From Lama guanicoe (taxonomy: Eukaryota), in the NCBI GenBank assembly GCA_013239625.1, contig MU053933.1, positions 1,180,001 through 1,244,000 of the forward strand: a stretch of DNA of 64,000 nucleotides, written 5' to 3'. Shown here in pieces: positions 39,880-52,974 of this stretch (position 1 is the first letter of the stretch; every line of letters starts with the position of its first letter). The translations under genes and the position numbers were made by a program. Under the pieces are notes generated by a model. The model was not told where the DNA came from. It saw only the letters and a program-made list of their open reading frames with translations, and did no database searches.

Positions 39880-39946
39880 AGTGTGAGCCGTCAGCCGTCT
39901 GTGCACTGTTTTGGGGATTACGATAGATGTTTTGAATCAAGATGGT
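39880..39946 (-). CDS. U2AF1: U2AF1 exon Ab (isoform b; TILIQNIYRNPQNSAQTADGSH), mutually exclusive with exon 3
   Basis: 67 nt, long polypyrimidine tract CCGCAG|..|GTAAGT; paralogous to exon 3. Confidence 0.97.
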
Positions 39947-42379
39947 CTGCGGGGAAAAAAAAATAAAAAGGGGAATTCTACTGGCTGCTGTGCATATATT
40001 AGACAATTGCAAAGAGACAACTTGTTTGCAAATGGCTCAACGCTTGCTGTTTGTTTCCTGCAAGTCAGACACTTGTCTTCTGAAGAACACACCCAAACCA
40101 TCATATTATGAAAACAGAGTTTGAGCAGTGACTTGGGTCAAGTCAGCCAGCAACCAAGAAGAAACTGTGACTGTTACTTTGAGTAGTAGTCCCACGTTAT
40201 TGAAGTGTTTTAAGGCAAGGTAAACAAGAGAACGCTAACATTTTCTTTTACTTCAAGCTAGCAGACACTAAGAGGTCAAAAAAAGTCACATTATAATCAT
40301 ATTCCCCATAAGAAATTATTTTTTTAAACCAAATGCATAACTCAGCTATATGCAGTCCATCAAGCTCTCTTGGTCTTGTAGGAAACAGGACACCGAATGG
40401 GTTTCCTAACTGTCATGGACACCTATCACATTTACATTTTCTTGGTGGGATCTCTGTTTACATAATACAATAGCTTAAAACATTTGCTCTTTTCCGATCC
40501 TTCTTTTAAGGGAAAAAAAATCCTTTTAGCCCTTGTGCTTTAAACTGGATCAGGCAGACTTGAAACCTTACATTGTACCGTTCTTCTTAAAATCAAGTTG
40601 TCTGAAAAAACAAACCATGTTTAAGTTAGTAGGCTAGTATATTACATGAATCCTAATGTCCACATCACTGTAAGCTTAAAAAGAAACCCACACTGAATTA
40701 TGCTAGAGATTTACAAGCTGAATCAATAAGCTGCATAATTTAGGAAAACACTTAGTCCCAACACGTGTCCACGGCAGTCTTGTAAGTGGTTTTACAGACC
40801 CAGCCAGTTCTACCTCTAGCTGCGTTCTCAAGGGGAGTGGCTGTGAGAGCCCCCTCAAAGGTCTGCTCTGGGAAACCCACTTGGGAGGACGCCCAACAGC
40901 CAGACAGCACACCCCTAACCAGACTCCCCCCCCAGGGCCTGGCCTTCTGCCCAAGCCACTGAGTGCTGCCCAGAGCCAGCTTATCTCGGGCCTCAGACAC
41001 CTCCCACTCAGAACCGGACCCCGCGAGCATGACGACTCTGGTGGAAAGCTATCCTGAGCCCAGTTACTCAACAGGAAGCTAATCTGAGGTCTCACTTGGG
41101 CCATCTGTGTAATGAGGGAAACTTCACTTAAAGAGAGCAGTGCAGTTCCATTAGAACCAGGGTGGTCAGGATCACCCAAAACCAACTAAATCAATCAAGA
41201 CAAGAGGCTCAAGTTAACACGTACAATCGAGCTAAATTTTAAATGGAATCGTGGCCACTTGCCTAGTGGGTGAGATTCAGTTCATAAATTGAGGCACTTG
41301 AAAAAGAAATACAACAGAAAGCGTAAAGCAAATTCTCCAATATTCTGAATTTTGAAAGAGACGCGTTCAAAGCTAATAAATTAGGAAACACTGTCTCTTT
41401 CTTACACCAATTGGCTGATTTTCCTAAATACTTACAGGAAAACACTTTTAGAGGTTCAAAACGTGGATAAACACCGTGCGCTCACAGGCAGAGCCCGGCA
41501 GACCCCGGGGGCGCTGAGAGGCCCCAGGGCCCTCCAGTCCGGCAAGGACGGGGGTTCGATGTTTTCACATTCCAAGTGGCCAAGCAAACGCGGGCAGAAG
41601 TTTTCCGTTCCTCTTAGAGGTGCTTTCTCCCTTTGATTCACTTGCAGGGTGCAAACCCTTGTGTTTTCTTCAATTAACCAAAAATAACTACCAAAAATCA
41701 CAAGTTTTGATTGGTCTGGACTCACAGCAGAGGCAAGCCCAAGATAACAGGCATCTCTCGATTAACTGAATAGACTGACCAGGAATAACTGAAGATAAAC
41801 GCCCACGTTCCAATGTTAAGTTTCATTTTTCCGTATTTCTCTGACATGACACAACTTGGTGTTCCCTTGACTTGGATCTAAGGGGACACGCCCAGGAGCA
41901 CCAGAGCCCCTGCACGCACAGCACCACGGCTCTGCTAACAACCACGCAGCACCTCTGCTGAGGTGGCTCCGGACACCCCCACGGCTGGCGAGAGCACCAG
42001 GCAGGAAGCGCGCCGCATCCGCCAGGGCCTGAAAGAGGCTAAGTCAGTGCTGGCCGGGCTGTCCTCCCCACCTACGTCTGTCAGAGGCAGGGAGGGTGGC
42101 TTGGCAGTGAAAGCCAGTCACAGCTAACACGCCAACGTGTAAAGATTCTTTTTAAAAAGTTTCTCTAATGATAAAAATTGGGGTGATGCTCTCAGACCTT
42201 CCACTAGAGGTGGGTCACCTGCCTCATTCTCATTTAAACAAAACACTTATGAACATAAATGGAAAACTAGAGGGAAAAAAATGACCTGCTTAACATGAAA
42301 ATTATTAACTGCCTCTGTAAAGTACATGAAGTTTTTGACAATTTACATAAAAACAGGGGGAAAAAAAGGAAAAACAAAC

Positions 42380-42467
42380 CTGGCTAAAGGTCGGTTTGTT
42401 GTGCAGCCGAGAGCATCTGTCTCCATGGCGACACGCTCCGATCTTGAAATAAAATGAGCAGTTGACT
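42380..42467 (-). CDS. U2AF1: U2AF1 exon 2 ([29 protein letters not shown]), first zinc finger with S34
   Basis: 88 nt, TCACAG|..|GTTTGT. Confidence 0.98.
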
Positions 42468-42745
42468 CTGTGAAGGAAAATAGGAGCTGATTGTTTCTCT
42501 GGGAAGATACCAAACAGATGGAAACGCATCATCAACGTGAGACATGCTATCAAACTACTCTCCCTCCGCCTCGCACACACACACAGGCCAGCTGTGTTCA
42601 CTGGTCGCAGTGTCTGCCCCTTCCTGGTAGTATTCTGGGACTACTCAGTGTCAGTTAGCTCCTCTACAAACACGCAGCCTTTCGACGAAGAGCACTCTCT
42701 TCTAACTCGAGTCCTCCTCACCCCAATCCCCTCCACTTCCAAACA

Positions 42746-42964
42746 CAGCTGACCTGCGAAAAGCAAAGGTTTGGACTACATGGGTCCACTTATACTTGGG
42801 TTTTTTCCACTTACTAAATACTGCAGTACTACGCGGCCCATGGGTGGGTGGATGAACCTGATTCAGAGCAGCAGACAGGCAGGGCTGACGGCCACGCACT
42901 TGGCCCGCACCACTGGCCGTGTAGGGGGCGGCGCGCTAGCCCCATGCTGCTCCAGGGTCAACTG
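42746..42964. mobile_element. Tigger2/MER8-like TcMar MITE
   Basis: Inverted termini CAGCTGACC..GGGTCAACTG; internal GGGTCCACTTATAC..TTTTTT motif. Confidence 0.75.
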
Positions 42965-45429
42965 CACTTCTTGGCTCTACTGTTTTCTCTTAAGTTGAAT
43001 ATGAGATTAGTCTAAAACTATATTTAACTTAAAACCTATCTGTTCTCTAGTCTCCCACGATAAAATTCTCTGGAGGACATCCACACAGGGCAGTGAGGGG
43101 TCAAGATCTGACTCTGCTGCTGCCTGTCCGGGCCTGAGCCAGTTTCCCCAACAGTGCGGGTCTCAAGAACCATCTGAAGACTGAGGAAAATGCCAACCTG
43201 GCATTGTTCCGAGAACCAGAATCAGATATACCGTCTGTGTGCTCATTACACAGTGCTCATTAAATGCAATCATCATCATCTACATAAAACACGTCAGGTT
43301 CTCTCATCCAAGACACCAAACCAATAAAAAATTTCCAGAAGCAGGTCTGAAGTAAACAATTCCATCTGCTTCAATACACTGAAAACAAACTCTTAGGGAG
43401 TCCGCTCTACTTACAGGGCTAACGAGGCCACCTCTGTCCCCACTTGGAAGCCCTCCCTTATTATGCCCAATACTTGGACGATCCTGATAAAATCAAAAGC
43501 AGCAACCCAGCCAGCATGACAGCAACGCAGGGGGGCTTAGCAGGCCTGGGAGGTGTCCAAATTCAGACGTGAGGCGGGAAAGTTACCCTGTAGATTCAGT
43601 TTCTAGCAAGCGCCATGAGATAGCCAATCCACAATTGAGATCAAAGGACCTCGATGAAATCTGATGGATTATGAAGATCAACTAGCCACTGATTTATTAT
43701 TAGATGGAAGTAAAGATGGAAAAATCTGAATTTATCAGGGGAGAAAACGATCACTACAGTATCTGCCAAATTATCTTACAAGTCTGCTCTTACTCGAGAT
43801 TATTTAACTTGAGCATTAACACTGCGTCTCCCATAAGTCACTCCAAAATGAAGAGCTTGTTTTAAGAACATCTCAGAATGGACAAAACTTCTGTCTCAAC
43901 AATTAATACCCAACTATCACACGTAATTAAAATGATCCTTGTCTCTGTACTTCCAGAGATGACTTTCATTTCAGGATGCGCAGTTAATTCCTAACAGTGA
44001 CACAGTGTATCAGCCGGAAGTGTCCTAGCGCTCTGCTTACTAACCTACTGAAATAAAAGAAAAAGATGAAAAAGACATAATTTACTATCACAGAGAAGAT
44101 AATAGAGGCTAATCCATGCTTACATTTAGATAATGTCCATAACTTCACATGTGTAATTAAATATTTTTAATTGGTAGAGACCTACATTTTACTTTTAGCT
44201 TAAATGAAAAAAAAAAGTTAGTGGGAATCCTCATCTTTAGTTTTTAGGAGTTGAGATGTTTCCTGGAAATTAAAACCCCACCAAGTCTCCCTGAAACAAG
44301 AAACCTGGATTAAATGATCAACTTTGCAGAACTGCAGCCATGACTTTTAGAATACAGCTCCAATAGACTGAAATGTGGTTATTTACAGCAGGAATATAAA
44401 AAATGTTATTGGAATAAATCTCTCAACTAAGAGTTTTGTAGAGTAAGAAATAGTGAAGACACCACATTATGCAGCTTTTTACAAGAACAAGGGGGAAAAA
44501 TCTGCATGAACAGGAGTCATGGCCCTTACTAGTATCTGCTAGAGTGAAATTAACATGGCATGTCCTTCAGCAAACTGGGAGAAGCCTCTTTTTCCAGTCA
44601 ATTCCAGAGGTGGCCAATTCATTCCCGATCATGTTCCCCTAGCTGCCTCCTCTGTGAGCCACATCATTCGGAGCACACACCTCTTCCACATCACTTAACA
44701 CGTTTAGGTGCATTTTACTTTAGTTACCCTTTATGCAACAAGCACCCCTCTCTCTTTGAGTTCCTTGAGAACAAGATCCAAATAAATGTTCTCCACCTCT
44801 GAGTCTCCAGATTTGGTCTCAGGTTGACACCCCATAAATGATTCTGGAATGAGTATGACTGATGATTCTGTCTTGTGAATTTTGCTAGGAAAAAACATGA
44901 ACCTCTCTTCTAAACAACACAGATGATCCTAGCATGTGCAAAAGCAGACATTTTACAAGATAGACTGCACCCTGGAAAACAAACAATTTAAATAGTGTTC
45001 GATAAAGTGGTATTAAAACATTATCTATAGCAATCTTAGGAGTTTATCACTAAAAACATTCACATAAGCCTTGTACAGCCCTGAAAAATCCCGATGGTAA
45101 CCACTTATTCAAAGAATAGATTAAGCTAAGCACTTAATCTTCAAGTTTTCGAAGTAAGAATTATCCTCCAAAGTGTTGAAAAACATCCCCTTTAGTCTAA
45201 ACTTCGGTGAATGCACTGGAAATTAATACGTGGCAAAGTCAAAACTACACTTTTTACTTTTAACCTAACAACTGGCTAGGGAAGGAATGCAACCTTAAAG
45301 AGAGAGAGAAAAGAGAACCTTGTTCTTATATTTAAACCGCATCTTAAAGTATTTTAAAAGCAGACTATGTCTTTTATGGTTAGTTAAGCCGTAATCTCCA
45401 TAATACTTTTTTACATCAAATGTCCTTAG

Positions 45430-46810
45430 GACCCGCCCGATCATCGCTCAAACACGCAAAAGTCTCGTTACGCGGATAAAGCCCCCAGCAGTTAGGACCC
45501 TAAGTTACCTAACGATGTACCACGGGCGAGATCTGCACCACAGCTTGCCCGGACTCGACCTTAAAGGCTGAAAGTTGGGGGAACTGTTAACGTTGACAAC
45601 TTCAGCACAACTCGAGACGGCTCCCGAGAGCCGGCGGCCCGGGGCGCCAGCAGGCGGGCCGCCGAGGGGCCAGGCCGGAGAGGCCGCGCCGCCCAAGCGG
45701 AAGCCCGCAGCCCGCCCGGGCCCTGTTGCCCGCCCGCCCCGGCGCACGAGGCGGCGGCGCGCTGCTCCCGAGGCCGGAAGGCCCGCTGCGCCCCTCCCCC
45801 GCCGGCCCGCCGGGCCTCCAGCCGCCGCCGGGACCACGCTGCCGAGCCCACGCGCACACCGCCCGTCTCTCCGGCCGGGATCCCCGGCGTCCGGCTCTCA
45901 CTCACTTGTCTTTCTCGGTGCCGAAGATGGAGGCCAAGTACTCCGCCATTTCCCACCGGCCGCCACCGCCGACACTGCTGCCGACGCCGACGACCCCGCC
46001 CGACGCCCGCGGGAGACGTCACCACGACGCGACGACGCTCGCCCCGCCCCGAATCACCTGGACGCGACGACGCTCGCCCCGCCCCGACGACGTGGAGGCG
46101 CTGCCCAATCGGGAGAGGCGCTGCCTGCGCGTAGGCGGGGCTTGGCGCGCGCGGGAGGCACCGCCCTCTCAGCCGGGAGCCCGCGCGCCGCCCGCCAGCA
46201 ACCCCACCCGGCGCTCGCCTGCCCCGCGCCCGCCTTCCGGGCTCCGCGAGCCCGGGGCTGGGGCTGAGGCCCACGGTTCCCGCCGGCGCCCCCAGTGCCC
46301 TGAGAAGCCGAGCGCGCAAAGGGCGGTCGGGGAGGAGGAGGCCGCGGGCGAGGGGCTTCTCCACGCAGTCTCGGGGGCTGAGGCCGGGGCGCGCCCTCCC
46401 CGCACTTTCCCTGTGAGACCCCCACCGCCCTCCGAACCCTTCCCCCGGGGAGACCCCATCTCCAGCGGCGCCGTAGGCAGGGAACGGAGTCGGGGCGCCC
46501 CGGGTCCCGGGAAAGCGGGACCGGCGGGGTGCGGAGGGGCCCCGATCGTCCAGGGGGCCAGCGGCACGTATTCTGGCCGAGCCGCCTGACCCACAAACAT
46601 GAGCGGTGCGGGCGGTGGGCGCGCAGGGGCCGGGGGCCGCGGGGTCTCGGGCTTGGGACCGGTCTGGGGACGCGCAGTAGCTCCCAGTACGTAAATCCTG
46701 AAGACCGCGGAAAAGCTGGATCGCAGGGAACGACGCGGGGAGAGGGGCAGGTGCAGGAGCGGAGCACGAGGTCAGACCCACGGGGACGCCGGGTCCTTCC
46801 CGCGGAGCTC
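45430..46810. promoter_or_regulatory. U2AF1: U2AF1 CpG-island promoter
   Basis: Very dense CpG spanning exon 1; CRE-like TGACGTC (minus, about 46015-46021), GC boxes, CCAAT at 46105-46109. Confidence 0.9.
45906..45949 (-). CDS. U2AF1: U2AF1 exon 1 coding part ([15 protein letters not shown])
   Basis: ATG at 45949 in context GGGAAATGG, 44 nt, donor GTGAGT. Confidence 0.98.
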
Positions 46811-47378
46811 CCCATTTTCAGCTTTCCTAGTTTATTCTATTTTTTGGAGGCCCATCCTTTCCAGCACTGTTTTTCCCACCTTGCCCTCTTTTGTGTCACC
46901 ATCCATCCTGGAGGTGGCTCCCTAGGAATACGTGGTCATCGTCCTGACTGCCCCGAGCGCCACTGTATGGTGATGAGTCGCTTGTTCAACGAATCGCCTG
47001 TTGATGGGCACATGGGATGTTTCCAGTCTCACTTTTCCTAGGAGTTCTTCAACAAGTGGCCGCCTGCAGGCATCTTTTTCTATTTGGGGCAAACTCACAC
47101 TGGTATATTTGCCCACCCAACTCTGAAGTCTGGGGGATGCAACACGAGTTTTATTCTGGGAGAAGGGCTACACAGAAATGAGTTATCCTGGTGGTCTCTA
47201 GTGTGTGAAAATTTGGTATGGAACACATTTGAGGATGGGTCACATGTGAAGAGGCAGAGATAATCAGATTCTCGTGCAGACCTCAGAGCAGCTCTGAAGA
47301 GCCTGGGCTTTGCACATAGTTGCTGAACTGCTGTTTAGGTCATGGGTGTCACAGCGGGAGCTATGATCCTATTTGTCC

Positions 47379-47830
47379 TGTTGACGAGGGGGCCATTTCC
47401 CCTCCACCGCTCTTGGGTTCTGGTAGCTGGCCTAATAGTAAAACTGACATGAGAAAGGTTAACAGGAGAGAAAAGCTCGTTTGAATTCATGCGCATGGAG
47501 GTCCCATAGAAGTGGCCAAAGCAGCAGCTTTTATACTTTTTAGACAAAGAAGCAGTAAATTTGTGAGGACTTGACAGGACCAAGAAACTTAGGTTGTGGG
47601 TGCCCAGTTAAAGAAGTAACGAGATTTGTTTGTGTAAGCTTCTTGCCCGATTCCCCACCTTTGGTGATAAAGGTGTCCTTCCTCCAGATGCAGAGGGGGC
47701 ACCTTTCACATGGCAGAAAGAAGCGTCGGAGTGTCCCTCTTGCATTGCCTGTTTCTTAAGTAACTTTAATTCAAAATAATCAATATGCCATGAAGGCACA
47801 TTTTGAGATGTCCTATCCTGGGACCCAACA
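47379..47830 (-). mobile_element. ERV1 (MER34-like) solo LTR nested in an MLT1 fragment
   Basis: TG..CA ends, 4-bp flanks GTCC/GCCC, reverse-complement similarity to the LTR at 48112; MLT1-like sequence resumes at 47831-47985. Confidence 0.7.
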
Positions 47831-48111
47831 GCCCTCACATAGGGGAAGGGAGAGCTCGCTGGGATCTCTTTTATAAGGACATTAATTCCATAAATAAGGG
47901 CTGTGCCCACAGGACCTGATCATGTTTTAGAGGTTCCCTCTCCAAATACCATTGTATTGGAGGTTAGAATTTAACAAATGATTGACAGGGAGGGGAGTAG
48001 GTGGCTGCTTGGTTTTAAACTTCATTGGACCCAGGGTTTCCATTTATGAATGGGAGCGGTAACACCTACCTTGGTGAGTAGTATTGAATTTGGCACCTTG
48101 CAGGTGCTCAC

Positions 48112-48652
48112 TGTAGGTGAGCAAAATTTGCCACCCCAAAATGTGTCTCTTTGGCAGGAGGATTAATTTAGGCTGATTATTTTTGAGAAACAGGACTCGG
48201 GAAGTCTTTCTTTTTACCTCCCCGTTAGCTGCCTAAATAAATGAACAAAGGGCCTGCTCCCGGAACAAAGCCACGACCAGAGATATCTGCAAAGAATGGG
48301 TGGGTGTGGCGGGGAGACCTAGAGATCGGAATCCCTCTGTCTCAGTGTCTCTGCACAGCCCACGAGCATTTGTTCACCCAACACGTGCTTTTCCATCCTT
48401 GTGCTCATTGCCTTCCTTGCCTTTGAAGTCCCACGCCATCCACCCAAACACCGTCTTTTGTCTTCAGCTGAGATGGCATTTAAGGTGAGAGCTGCAGCCG
48501 TTTTGGTGAGATACTTCCTGGGTTTCTCCCATGTGTACACGTTACTCGACTTCTGTCTGGTGTTCTCCTGTTAACCTGACATGTGCCAATTTAATTCTTA
48601 GAGCAGCTGGATGACCCTAGACAGGGAGAGGGGAAGGTCTTCCTCCCCGACA
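48112..48652 (+). mobile_element. ERV1 (MER34-like) solo LTR
   Basis: TGTAGG..GCCACCCCAAAATGTGTCTCTTTGGC..TCTCCTGTTAACCTG..CCCCGACA; flanks TCAC/TCAG. Confidence 0.75.
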
Positions 48653-50149
48653 TCAGTGAGCAGGAGCAGCTGGCACTGCTGAGCTGTGTTCTGTTTGCTG
48701 ATGGTTCCCTCTTGCTGAACTGTGAGCCCTTTCCGCTCCCCGCTTCTATCTTTTCCTTGATTCCGTGGTAGAACAGACCCACAGCCCCTTAGCTGCAACC
48801 AAAATGCAAAAAGCTTTAAAAACAGCCTTTTTCCCCCTGTAACTTTGGTGGTAAGATTCAATTTGCTGCAAAATCTGACCTGACCTGACTGCTGCAGTCT
48901 CGTGCTCCCAGGGGTGCAGGCACCTCTGTGGGTTGCTGATGTGTGTTTTAAATTTTAAAATTTATTTCTCCTTTTGTGACTTCGGGCTCAGTTGCATTAT
49001 TCATGCATAAAAAAGAGTTACACACCCCACAGCTTGCTATGGAAGAGACACAGAAGCACTGACCCTGCCAGTATCAGGAAGCCAGGGATGTTGGGACCCC
49101 CCATGATGTATGACTTTGGGAATCAAAGGAAAGGCAGTTGAGGTTTTGCAGTATTGGTGATGTCCAAGACCCACTGAGACGTGGAAACCACTGCAGGTGG
49201 GAGGTGGGCGGGGAAGGAGATGCTGACCGGAGTGGACCTGACGTTCGCAGTGAGGACACCAGCGGATGCCAGGCAGCGACTTGCCGCTCATGGCACAGCT
49301 CGGTTATTGCAGGAAGAGCTGATCTTTAAAGGTGAGCACGAATATTCAGAAGGTTGGTGGTGGAAATGTGGGAAGGATTGTGATGGAGAACAATCTAAAT
49401 GTGGTGGAAAACCTTCCCTTTGGGAAACAATGGAAAAGCATCCTGATGGATTTGCCAAGATGGTACCGGTGCAAAAGCCTAGTCTGCACCAGTCTTCAGA
49501 GCTGAGGAGGCGGGGGGGTCCTGTGCCGCATTTCCGCAGAGGCATTAGGGTGGTTGAGGAGGGTGCAGATGGGGGTTGTTTTAGGTCACAAAGCACAGGC
49601 TGAGTCGGGGTGAAGCTGCCACAGGTGCGCGTGGTGAATGCGTCCCTGCGTCCCCTTATGCAAACGAGCACGCACTGGATACCCAAGGACTGGTTTCTGC
49701 CTGATTGGATAGTCCCTTTCAGTCAGCAGCGTGAATTCACTGCAGGTAAGCTGGGCCCAGGGACAACTAACATTTCGTTATTTCTGCCCGGCGGCACCGC
49801 ACGGCTCCTTCCTGAGTGTCTTCTGAAAGGGCTGTTTCTGACGTTTACTTTGCCCTGACTTGTGAGAGGAGTTTACACCCCGTGAAGAGTGAAAACGAAC
49901 GCCTTTCTGAGGTGGAGTGGGGGAGGGGGCGGCATGGGAGGATGCTTCCTGCTGCTGACTTAGGTCCAGGGCTTCTGGAATAAACTCGCCCAAGAGACGG
50001 CCGTTTCCCCAGTCGCTGGTGCTTGGGCAGTGGGGGCGGGGGGCTCCCTAACACAGGCGTGGGCAGGCGTGCGCAGGACATGGCGCTCAAAATGGGCTGG
50101 AGAGGAGACCCGCCCGCAGGAGGGAGGAAGTTGATAGCAAACTTCATTA

Positions 50150-50440
50150 TATATATATATTTTTAATTCTTATGTTTTATGGAAGTGTAGTTGATTTACA
50201 GTGTTAATTTCAAGTGTACAGCAAAGTGATTCAGTTTTTTATATATATATATTAGATTATTTTCCACTACAGAAAAGAAATTGAATATAGTTCCCTGTGC
50301 TATACAGTAGTAGGTCCTTGTTGTTTATCTGCTTTATGTGAAGCAGTGTGTACCTGTTAATCCAAACTGCTAATCTGTCCCGATCCCCTTCCTGCCTGGT
50401 AACCGCAGTTTGTTTTTCTATGTCCGTGAGTCTATTTCTG
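50150..50440 (-). mobile_element. L1 3' end fragment
   Basis: TAGTTGATTTACAGTGTT..GTGTACAGCAAAGTGATTCAG..TTGAATATAGTTCCCTGTGCTATACAGTAG; reverse complement of the element at 17440. Confidence 0.85.
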
Positions 50441-51407
50441 GGCAGACTTCATTTACCCCAGAAGTTCATCAACCGAAAGTGTAAGGTGAAAAGGACGTGG
50501 AGGAGATGCTGGGCAGGGAACGGGGGCTGGTCTCATTACTTCCTTGAGGGACAGAGGAATCCCGGTAATGGACCGAACACAGAGGAGGAGGAGTGGGGAT
50601 GACGGGGGAGCCCCCGTGGAAACTGGGGGAGCCCCTGTGGACTACCTGGTCATAATGTATGACCTGCCAGTTGCTGGCTTCAACACTGACCAGCCAGCAG
50701 GCACTCACCCAGCTGAAGAGACAGCTTAGTTCTGAGCTGGTGACCTGGGAGACATGCCAAGAAGCACCGTCTCTGGCGTGCTGCATCGTGGCACGGGACA
50801 ACCATCCTCCAGCGCCCACCTCCAGCCTGGTGACCGGAGTCACACGACAATGCTGGGCCTACCCCCAGAGCCACTGCAGCCAGGTGTGGAGACGACTCAC
50901 GGCACTGACACGTCCAGGCATTAAGCTTCGCTCGAACTGGTGTGTGTTTGAAGCTTTGTAACGTTTTCCTTGGGAATAAGAAGGACTAGAAAACGTGCCA
51001 CCTGTGGTGACCTCAGCATCTCGGGAACTGCTTTATTACTGCATAGATCAGCTGGGAGCAGGCTGCAACACTGTGTGTGGGGTGTTTGCCCCCTGAGTAG
51101 GGTGGACTTGGCTGCAGAAGTGCTGGTGTGCTTGAGGTTGGGGTCCCACCCCAGGCCCTGACGGAGGTTAAACAATATATAGTATGTGCTTTTATTCACT
51201 TGTATGTTTGTCTTTTTTAGCTCTGAATGCTTTGAATTCCAAAGCACAGCTGGCCCTGGATGACTCAGACCTGGAGCTCAGCCAGAGGATTCCAGGAAAT
51301 GCTTGTGAGCGATTGAGAAGTGGTGAGGAGGGGTCACTGTGCGTTGAGAGGGACACTCTGAGGGCAGGAGCAATGGCCGGGCCAGCCCCGGGGAGAAGAG
51401 GGGAGGA

Positions 51408-51487
51408 GGGCAGGGAGTAAGCCCGCTCAGCCAGTCCCTGTACCTGACCGATGCTCTTATGCTCAGAAGATGCGGGGGGAAATGCCT
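51408..51487. repeat. 80-bp dispersed direct repeat, copy 1
   Basis: 79/80 identical to 52729-52808. Confidence 0.95.
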
Positions 51488-52728
51488 TGATGGCACTTCC
51501 TGTGTCCATCAGACACTTTGTCCCTGGACAGTGCTGGGGTCCGGGTGTCAGATGAAGCACAGGCGTCCCACTTAAATCTGCATTTCAGATAAAGGAAGAA
51601 TAAATTTTTAGTGTGAGTGTGTTCCATCATTGCATGGGATTGACTGTCATTTACCTGAACTTTGTCCTGCACTTTTGTGAACTAGGTCTGGCACCCTCGC
51701 ATGGGCCTCAGTCACCTTTGTAGATGGTCCCTGGCCTGGGGCTGTGGAGGGCATGCGCGGTGGGTGTCTGTGCGACGGCCGACCATGCGGACGGGCCTGG
51801 GGGCGTGGGCTCGTGATGGCTCTCAGTCTGCTACTCCCACCATCAAGGCCTCCCTTCTTTGCTGCTCTGGGCTTTGCGAATGGTTCTGCTTCGCGGCCGA
51901 GTGGTGTTGAGCCCCGTCTGTACAGGCACCAGTGGGACATGGTGGCGGGAGGGTTTCTCGTCCTGGTTCCAGTGTGTAGGCCCCGCAGCGCACAGTGGCC
52001 AGTCCTCCCACGGCCCCCGCCCTAGAGTGACCTGGCAGGGCACCTCCCACGAGCAGCTTCTCCCACACTCCCTTGGGTGGCTTTGCAGAGTCCCGAGGCA
52101 CCTCCTGGCACCCCTGAGGGCAGACCTCCAGCAGTCCCACTGGTGAGGCCCTGCGCGGCTTCCCCACGCGGTCAGCCCCGTGCCTGCCCCATGCAGCCGG
52201 CCACGCTGGGGCCACACTGGGGGCAGGCCGGGCTGATCCAGCCAGGTCTGCGGTGTCGGGGGTGTCCCCGTCGGTCTGAGGGCCGTTCCCTGCGTCCACC
52301 CTTCCTGTATTCTTTAGTGTTCTGTCACGGTTACTGCCACTTCCCTGTTACTCCAAGGCCCTGTTCACAGCTCTTCGTAACAAACCTTCCCGGTCACATG
52401 ACCGTGTGGCGCCTGTCTCCTGGTGGGGCTCTGCTGGCCCAGCCGGAAGCATCTTTAGAGCTCTGTTTTCGCTCTGAGCCAGGGCTGCTTTCTGTTTTAG
52501 AACAACTGGGGCCTGTGTTTTCATGGTTGGCCTAATTCTTTCTATGGAAATATGACTGCCAACAGCAAGTGCGGCCCAAAGGCCTCCCTGAGGCCCTTAG
52601 ACCACTGTCCCCTCCTGAGAAGTGGTGGTCACACAGCGGCCTTGGTTTCCACTGGCCTTCCCCCCACAATGTCCTGGCTGAAGGATGACAAGGAGCCAGG
52701 TCTCCTGGGCTTGGCGGTGGGAGTAGCT

Positions 52729-52808
52729 GGGCAGGGAGTAAGCCCGCTCAGCCAGTCCCTGTACCTGACCGATGCTCTTATGCTCAGAAGATGTGGGGGG
52801 AAATGCCT
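52729..52808. repeat. 80-bp dispersed direct repeat, copy 2
   Basis: 79/80 identical to 51408-51487. Confidence 0.95.
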
Positions 52809-52974
52809 GGGGCTGTGACTGGGGGTAAGGAGATACGGAGAACTCGATGCAAGACTTTTCCCAAGGAGGCGGGTTTTGGAACTTTGAGCTAGCTGTACTG
52901 GGGGCTCACAAGGACACAGTGTTCCTTCTGGGGCCCCAGGGAGAGAGCTCTTATTCACAGACTCCAGCGGTTCT

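Noticed and set aside
45505..47041. Long ORFs (406, 287, 253, 230 aa) over the U2AF1 promoter
   Set aside because: Low-complexity R/G/P/A translations on both strands, expected from stop-codon scarcity in a CpG island; the real exon 1 is in another frame.
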